Assembly (NCBI GenBank): GCA_963813025.1
Contig: CAWEXO010000011.1
Location: forward strand, 640,001-704,000
Length of the DNA stretch: 64,000 nucleotides
Source: an uncultured Verrucomicrobiae bacterium
Lineage (GTDB): Bacteria; Verrucomicrobiota; Verrucomicrobiia; Chthoniobacterales; JAFAMB01
Direction of reading: 5' to 3'
The notes beneath the pieces are model-generated. The model saw only the letters and a program-made list of their open reading frames with translations, was not told the DNA's origin and made no database searches. Below, one piece after another: positions 57,994 to 64,000 of the stretch (positions are counted from its first letter, which is position 1; the number at the start of each line of letters is the position of its first letter). The position numbers and the translations under genes are program-made.

Positions 57994-60900
57994 ATGGCGC
58001 ATTTCTTCGTCCAACGGCCGATTCTCGCGGTTGTTGTTGCTATCTTTACCATCATTCTCGGTGGGTTAGCGCTGACGGTTCTGCCAATTTCCCTATTTCC
58101 CAATATCACCCCTCCGGAAATCATTGTGTCAGCCAGCTACCCGGGGGCTGATGCGGTGACCGTTGAGCAAGCCGTGGCTACGCCGATCGAGCAGCAGATC
58201 AGCGGTGTAGATAACATGAATTACATGTACTCCCTCAATGCGAACACTGGTCAAATGCGGTTGCGGGTGAACTTTGACGAACAATCAAATCCCAAAACGG
58301 ACCAGGTGCTCACCCAGATGCGCCAGGCGCAAGCCAGTGCGCAGCTTCCGCCTGAGGTAGCGGCTCAGGGCGTCAGCGTTCAAAAGTCTTTCGCTGCTCC
58401 GTTGATGCTCGTCGCCCTCCGCTCAGCCGATGCCCGTTATGATTCCCAGTTCCTGACTAATTACGCCTATATCAATCTTAATGACCGCCTGACTCGCCTC
58501 CCGGGCATTTCTAATGTCCAGGTATTCGGATCGGGACAGTACGCGATTCGCATCTGGCTAAGTCCGGACCAACTCGCCAGATTTAATCTCACGGTATCGG
58601 AAGTCATCAACGCTCTTCAGCAACAGAACGCCGTTAATCCCATCGGAGTGCTCGGCGGAGAACCAGTTCCGAAAGGGCAGGAATTTGCCTTGATGGCGGT
58701 CGCCCGCGGCCCGCTCGTCACGCCAGACCAATTTGGCAACATCGTCGTTCGGGAGACATCCAATGGAGGGATTGTTCGAATCAGAGATTTGGGCCGGGTC
58801 GAATTGGGCTCCCAGGTTTACACCACAAAGGCCCGGTTGAACGGCGAGCCGAGTGCCATTGTTGCCATCTATCAGCTACCTGGGAGCAATGCGTTGGCGG
58901 CGGCCCGAAGGAGTCAAGCGGCTGCTGGCCGAGCTCAAGCCGCATTTTCCGCGCGGGCTGGATTATGTGGTCTCGCTGGACACGACCTTACCGGTCACGG
59001 CGGGGATCAAGGAGATGGTTAAGACCTTGTTGGAGGCGATGGGGTTAGTGATCCTGGTTGTTTACCTGTTTTTACAGAGTTGGCGGGCTACCCTGATTCC
59101 GTTGTTGGCGGTGCCGGTCTCCTTGATTGGCACCTTTGTATTCTTTTCCGCTGCTGGGTTTTTCCATTAACACCCTTTCTTTGTTCGGTCTGGTCCTGGC
59201 CATTGGCTTGGTGGTTGATGATGCCATTGTGGTGGTCGAGGCGGTCGAGCGCCATCTGGAAGCCGGACTTAGTCCCAAAGAAGCTACCCTGCAGGCTATG
59301 AAGGAGATCACCGGGCCGGTCATTGGGGTAGCCCTGGTGTTAGCCTCGGTTTTTGTGCCCACGGCTTTTATTCCGGGCATCACCGGGCGACTCTATCAGC
59401 AGTTTGCCGTCACCATCGCCGTGTCGGTGCTCATTTCGGCATTCAACGCGCTGACCCTCAGTCCGGCGCTCTGCGCGCTCTTGCTACGTCCGCGCCGCCG
59501 GCAGAGCGGTGTGTTGGGCCAGTGCTTTGTTGGTTTCAATGATCTCTTTGGCCGAGTTACCAATGGTTACATTCGGGTGGCGGCCTTCTTTATTCGCCGC
59601 ACCGTCCTGGCGCTGTTTGTGCTAGCGGCCTTCGCGGCCGCCGCCTTCTTCTTTGGCAAAAAACTGCCTACCAGCTTTCTGCCCGACGAAGACCAGGGCT
59701 TCTTCTATGTCAATCTCCAGCTGCCCGCGGCGGCCTCGCTCCAGCGTACCGACCAGGTCTGTCGCCAGATCGAAGCGATCCTCGCCCAAACACCAGGCGT
59801 TCGTTACACCTCGACGGTAGCCGGGTTCAGTTTACTGAGCAACGTCCAGACTACCTATAATGGCTTTTTCTTCGTCAGCTTATCGCCCTGGGCGACCCGT
59901 AAGCAGCTTGCTGAGCAATATCAGGTGATTAAAGGCAGGTTAAACCTGAAGTTAATTCAGCTCCCGCAAGGCACCGTTTTCGCTTTTTCACCGCCGGCGA
60001 TCGCGGGGATCGGCTCGGCCGGCGGCGTTACCTTTGTCCTGGAGGATCGGGTCGATAAAGGCGCGGCTTTCCTAGCTGCCAATGTCGACCGTTTTCTAAT
60101 TGCGGCTCGGCAACGGACCGAGTTAGCTCGAGTAACCACAACCTTGTTGCCGAGCGTGCCGCAAGTTTACGTGAAGATCGACCGAGAAAAGGCTTTGAAG
60201 CAAGGAGTCGCTTTGCAGGACATCCAGCAAACCCTCCAAACCTTTCTCGGCGGAGCGCTGGTGAATACGTTCAACCGCTTTGGCCGGCAGTGGCAAGTGT
60301 ACGTCCAGGCGGAGGACAAATTTCGCGCCAGGGCGGCTCAGCTTGGACAGTTTTACGTTCGCAATAACTCGGGCAAAGCTGTTCCGCTCGCAGCGGTGAC
60401 TCTGATGGAACAGCGATTTGGCCCCGAGTTTACCATGCGTTACAATCTCTACCGTTCCGCGCAGATTCAGGCGACGGCCGCGCCCGGCCACAGTTCAGCG
60501 CAAGCGATGAGGGCACTTGAACAGGTTTTTGCGCAGACGATGGCTCCAGAGATGGGTTTCGACTACCTGGGGATGTCATTTCAGGAACAGAAAGCCCAAC
60601 GAGCTGCTTCGCCGATGGTTGTTTTTGGATTTTCGTTGCTGTTCGTCTTTCTGATCCTGGCTGCGCTCTATGAAAGTTGGTCGCTGCCATTCAGCGTACT
60701 CTTGAGCACGCCAGTTGCTGTTTTCGGGGCATTGGGCGCTCTTTACTTGCGACGAAACATCACCGCGGCGGTGCTGCCTCCCATTTTGGTCCAAATCGAG
60801 AACAACGTGTACGCCCAGATCGGTCTGGTGATGATCATTGGTCTGGTGGCGAAGAACGCGATTCTTATTGTGGAGTTTGCCAAGTCAGAACACGAGCGAG

Positions 60901-61214
60901 GCGCTGCCGCGAGCGACGCCGCTCTCACCGGTGCTCGCCTTCGGCTTCGTCCTATCTTGATGACCTCTTTCGCTTTTATCGTCGGCTGCGCTCCGCTCGC
61001 TTTTGCGTCCGGTTCCGGCGCGCTCGCGCGTCAGGTGCTGGGTACAGGCGTCATCGGCGGTATGCTCGCGGCGAGTCTGCTCGCTATCTTCCTCGTGCCG
61101 GCGGGATATTGTTTCACCGAAAAGCTGGCAGCACTCTTCGGGAGGCAAGTCCAACCCCAGCGTTCTAGCCTTCCCCGGCCGCTCGATAATCCGCCGCGAG
61201 GCGCGGACAATTGA
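57994..61214 (+). CDS. RND efflux permease (HAE1/AcrB-like) copy 1, two +1 frameshifts near 58907 and 59145
   Basis: FFVQRPI, YPGADA, VDDAIVVVE, FLPDEDQG, AKNAILIVEFA, RLRPILMTS. Confidence 0.92.
58870..59810 (+). repeat. Direct repeat, copy 1 of a ~940-bp segment shared by both RND genes
   Basis: Matches 62109-63047 except two single-base insertions and an adjacent substitution. Confidence 0.9.
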
Positions 61215-61232
61215 CCGTCACCGTGAAATAGC

Positions 61233-64000
61233 ATGTCAGGTTTCTTTATTCGCCGGCCAATTGTCGCCATAGTTATTTCCGTCCTAACCGTGATCCTGGG
61301 ACTGCTGGCCGCCGCCGTTTTGCCGGTCTCTTTATATCCGGAGATTGTTAACCCGGAAACAGTCATCACCGCCAACTATCCGGGAGCGGATGCGAAAACG
61401 GTCGAACAATCGGTTGCTACGCCGGTCGAGCAGCAGATGAGCGGGGTGGATGACATGAACTACATGTACTCCGTCAATGCGAACAGCGGGCAAATGGTCC
61501 TGACTATAAACTTCGCGCTCAACACCGATCCAAACACGGACCAGATTCTTGCTCAGATGAGGCAGACTCAAGCGTCGTCTCAGCTGCCTGCAGCCGTAAC
61601 GAATCTCGGCGTCACCGTGCAGAAGTCCCTCTCGGCACCGCTCATGGTTATCGCCTTGTACTCACCGGATAATAGTCGAGACGCTTTGTTCCTCTCAAAC
61701 TATACTTATATCAATCTCAACGACGCTCTGACCCGAGTACGCGGAATCTCCAACGTTCAGGTGTCTGGTGCCGGACCTTATGCCATGCGCTTATGGCTGA
61801 ATCCCACTCAACTGGCCAATCTACGTTTAACCGTCCCGGATATTGTTAGCGCTGTTCAAGCGCAGAATACGGTCAATTCCGCCGGCCAACTGGGCAGTGA
61901 ACCGGCACCGGCCGGCCAGGAGTTTACCTATACGGCACGGTCTCAAGGTCGACTGACTAGTCCGGAAGATTTTGGCGAGATCATCATTCGGTCCGAATCC
62001 AATGGTGGTAGTGTCAAGCTCCAGGACCTCGGCAGGGTGGAACTAGGTGCGGAATCCTATTCCACGATGGGCAGGCTAGATGGAAAGCCGGCCGCGGTGG
62101 TATCGATTTATCAGCTACCTGGGAGCAATGCGTTGGCGGCGGCCCAAGGGGTCAAGCGGCTGCTGGCCGAGCTCAAGCCGCATTTTCCGCGCGGGCTGGA
62201 TTATGTGGTCTCGCTGGACACGACCTTACCGGTCACGGCGGGGATCAAGGAGATGGTTAAGACCTTGTTGGAGGCGATGGGGTTAGTGATCCTGGTTGTT
62301 TACCTGTTTTTACAGAGTTGGCGGGCTACCCTGATTCCGTTGTTGGCGGTGCCGGTCTCCTTGATTGGCACCTTTGTATTCTTTCCGCTGCTGGGTTTTT
62401 CCATTAACACCCTTTCTTTGTTCGGTCTGGTCCTGGCCATTGGCTTGGTGGTTGATGATGCCATTGTGGTGGTCGAGGCGGTCGAGCGCCATCTGGAAGC
62501 CGGACTTAGTCCCAAAGAAGCTACCCTGCAGGCTATGAAGGAGATCACCGGGCCGGTCATTGGGGTAGCCCTGGTGTTAGCCTCGGTTTTTGTGCCCACG
62601 GCTTTTATTCCGGGCATCACCGGGCGACTCTATCAGCAGTTTGCCGTCACCATCGCCGTGTCGGTGCTCATTTCGGCATTCAACGCGCTGACCCTCAGTC
62701 CGGCGCTCTGCGCGCTCTTGCTACGTCCGCGCCGCCGGCAGAGCGGTGTGTTGGGCCAGTGCTTTGTTGGTTTCAATGATCTCTTTGGCCGAGTTACCAA
62801 TGGTTACATTCGGGTGGCGGCCTTCTTTATTCGCCGCACCGTCCTGGCGCTGTTTGTGCTAGCGGCCTTCGCGGCCGCCGCCTTCTTCTTTGGCAAAAAA
62901 CTGCCTACCAGCTTTCTGCCCGACGAAGACCAGGGCTTCTTCTATGTCAATCTCCAGCTGCCCGCGGCGGCCTCGCTCCAGCGTACCGACCAGGTCTGTC
63001 GCCAGATCGAAGCGATCCTCGCCCAAACACCAGGCGTTCGTTACACCACCACAACCATAGGGTCGAGTCTGCTGACCGGTGTGCAAAGCACCTACAACGG
63101 GTTCTTTTTTGTTACCCTGAAACCGTGGGAAGAACGCCGGGCGGCCGCCGAACAGTTTCAGGAAATCAAGTCCTCGCTGAACCGCAATCTGGCAAAGCTC
63201 CCATCCGGAATGGCGTTCGCCTTTTCTCCTCCGGCCATTCCCGGTGCTGGCGCCTCTGGAGATCTGACCTTCGTCCTGGAAGATCGCTCCAGTGGAGAAA
63301 CCGGGCATTTGGCCGAGAATGTTACCCATTTTCTGGCGGCTGCTCAAACCAGACGTGAGTTAGGGCAAGTGAGCACCACGTTTCAAGCGGAGGTTCCCCA
63401 AGTCTACATCGACGTCGATTACGAGAAGGCTTTAAAGCAGGGTGTGTCGGTGAGCGACATCTATACGACTATGCAAGCTTTCATGGGTGGAGCATTTGTT
63501 AACTACTTTAACCGTTTCGGTCGCCAGTGGCAGGTCTACCTGCAAGCCGAAGGAGAGTTCCGCACCAATCCGAACGACCTCGACCAATTTTACGTTCGCA
63601 ACTCGAACAACAGCATGGTGCCGCTCAACGCGCTCGCCCGGATCGAGCGCCGTACTGGACCCGAGTTTACGATGCGATACAACTTGTACGACTGCGCCCA
63701 GATTAACGCCACGCCGGCTGTCGGATTCACTTCAGACCAGGCGATGCGGGCCTTGGAGGAAGTCTTCCAGCAAACCATGCCTGATGATATGGGGTATAAC
63801 TATATCGGAATGTCTTTTCAGCAAAAGCAGGCACAGCAAGGGCTACCGCCCGCGGCGATATTCGGTTTTTCAGTACTTTTCGTTTTTTTGATTCTGGCGG
63901 CACTGTACGAGAGTTGGTCCCTCCCTTGCAGCGTGTTGCTGAGTACTCCGATTGCGGTCTTTGGCGCCTTCGGGATGCTCTACCTTCGACGACTCGCGGA
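61233..64000 (+). CDS. RND efflux permease (HAE1/AcrB-like) copy 2, runs off the window end
   Basis: MSGFFIRRPIVAIV, YPGADAKTVEQSVATPVEQQMSGVD, VDDAIVVVE, LYESW; missing from the ORF track because no stop lies inside the window. Confidence 0.92.
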   Translation, partial: MSGFFIRRPIVAIVISVLTVILGLLAAAVLPVSLYPEIVNPETVITANYPGADAKTVEQSVATPVEQQMSGVDDMNYMYSVNANSGQMVLTINFALNTDPNTDQILAQMRQTQASSQLPAAVTNLGVTVQKSLSAPLMVIALYSPDNSRDALFLSNYTYINLNDALTRVRGISNVQVSGAGPYAMRLWLNPTQLANLRLTVPDIVSAVQAQNTVNSAGQLGSEPAPAGQEFTYTARSQGRLTSPEDFGEIIIRSESNGGSVKLQDLGRVELGAESYSTMGRLDGKPAAVVSIYQLPGSNALAAAQGVKRLLAELKPHFPRGLDYVVSLDTTLPVTAGIKEMVKTLLEAMGLVILVVYLFLQSWRATLIPLLAVPVSLIGTFVFFPLLGFSINTLSLFGLVLAIGLVVDDAIVVVEAVERHLEAGLSPKEATLQAMKEITGPVIGVALVLASVFVPTAFIPGITGRLYQQFAVTIAVSVLISAFNALTLSPALCALLLRPRRRQSGVLGQCFVGFNDLFGRVTNGYIRVAAFFIRRTVLALFVLAAFAAAAFFFGKKLPTSFLPDEDQGFFYVNLQLPAAASLQRTDQVCRQIEAILAQTPGVRYTTTTIGSSLLTGVQSTYNGFFFVTLKPWEERRAAAEQFQEIKSSLNRNLAKLPSGMAFAFSPPAIPGAGASGDLTFVLEDRSSGETGHLAENVTHFLAAAQTRRELGQVSTTFQAEVPQVYIDVDYEKALKQGVSVSDIYTTMQAFMGGAFVNYFNRFGRQWQVYLQAEGEFRTNPNDLDQFYVRNSNNSMVPLNALARIERRTGPEFTMRYNLYDCAQINATPAVGFTSDQAMRALEEVFQQTMPDDMGYNYIGMSFQQKQAQQGLPPAAIFGFSVLFVFLILAALYESWSLPCSVLLSTPIAVFGAFGMLYLRRLA
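62109..63047 (+). repeat. Direct repeat, copy 2 of the ~940-bp shared RND segment
   Basis: tatcagctacctgggagcaatg ... ccaggcgttcgttacacc. Confidence 0.9.

Noticed and set aside
1..64000. tRNA or rRNA genes
   Set aside because: No cloverleaf with T-loop consensus or rRNA-like stretch found by eye in the intergenic gaps; a tRNAscan-SE/Infernal run would be decisive

Overview
64 kb of GC-rich bacterial chromosome, most likely from a Verrucomicrobiota (Chthoniobacterales/Spartobacteria-like) genome. The inference rests mainly on a perfect TGTTC-N4-GAACA LexA box in front of lexA, plus the gene content. Most of the window is housekeeping: dcd, ilvN-ilvC, pepF, xerC, lexA, opgG-orf-opgH, yggS, hemW, squalene synthase, purD, thiD, apaG, alaS, recA, dnaE, a NodI/J-like ABC exporter and a DEAD-box helicase. 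There are two intact-looking IS elements: an IS630 sitting inside a REP-like doublet, and an IS110 with a structured upstream non-coding end that is a candidate bridge RNA. Accessory modules are a metal permease, a TonB-dependent receptor with a 4x phased TGCA operator array, an MFS/AKR/GH151-like sugar locus, and a tandem pair of RND pumps sharing a ~940-bp virtually identical internal segment. Intergenic DNA is dense with a modular family of GTAGGG-ended palindromic repeats and with inverted short tandem repeats. Several exported proteins look like catalytically degenerate enzymes (S41, MBL). Many genes, including dnaE and recA, carry single-base frameshifts that are most likely long-read consensus errors rather than real pseudogenes. 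I saw no rRNA, tRNA or CRISPR array. All calls come from reading the sequence and ORF track; no database search was run.
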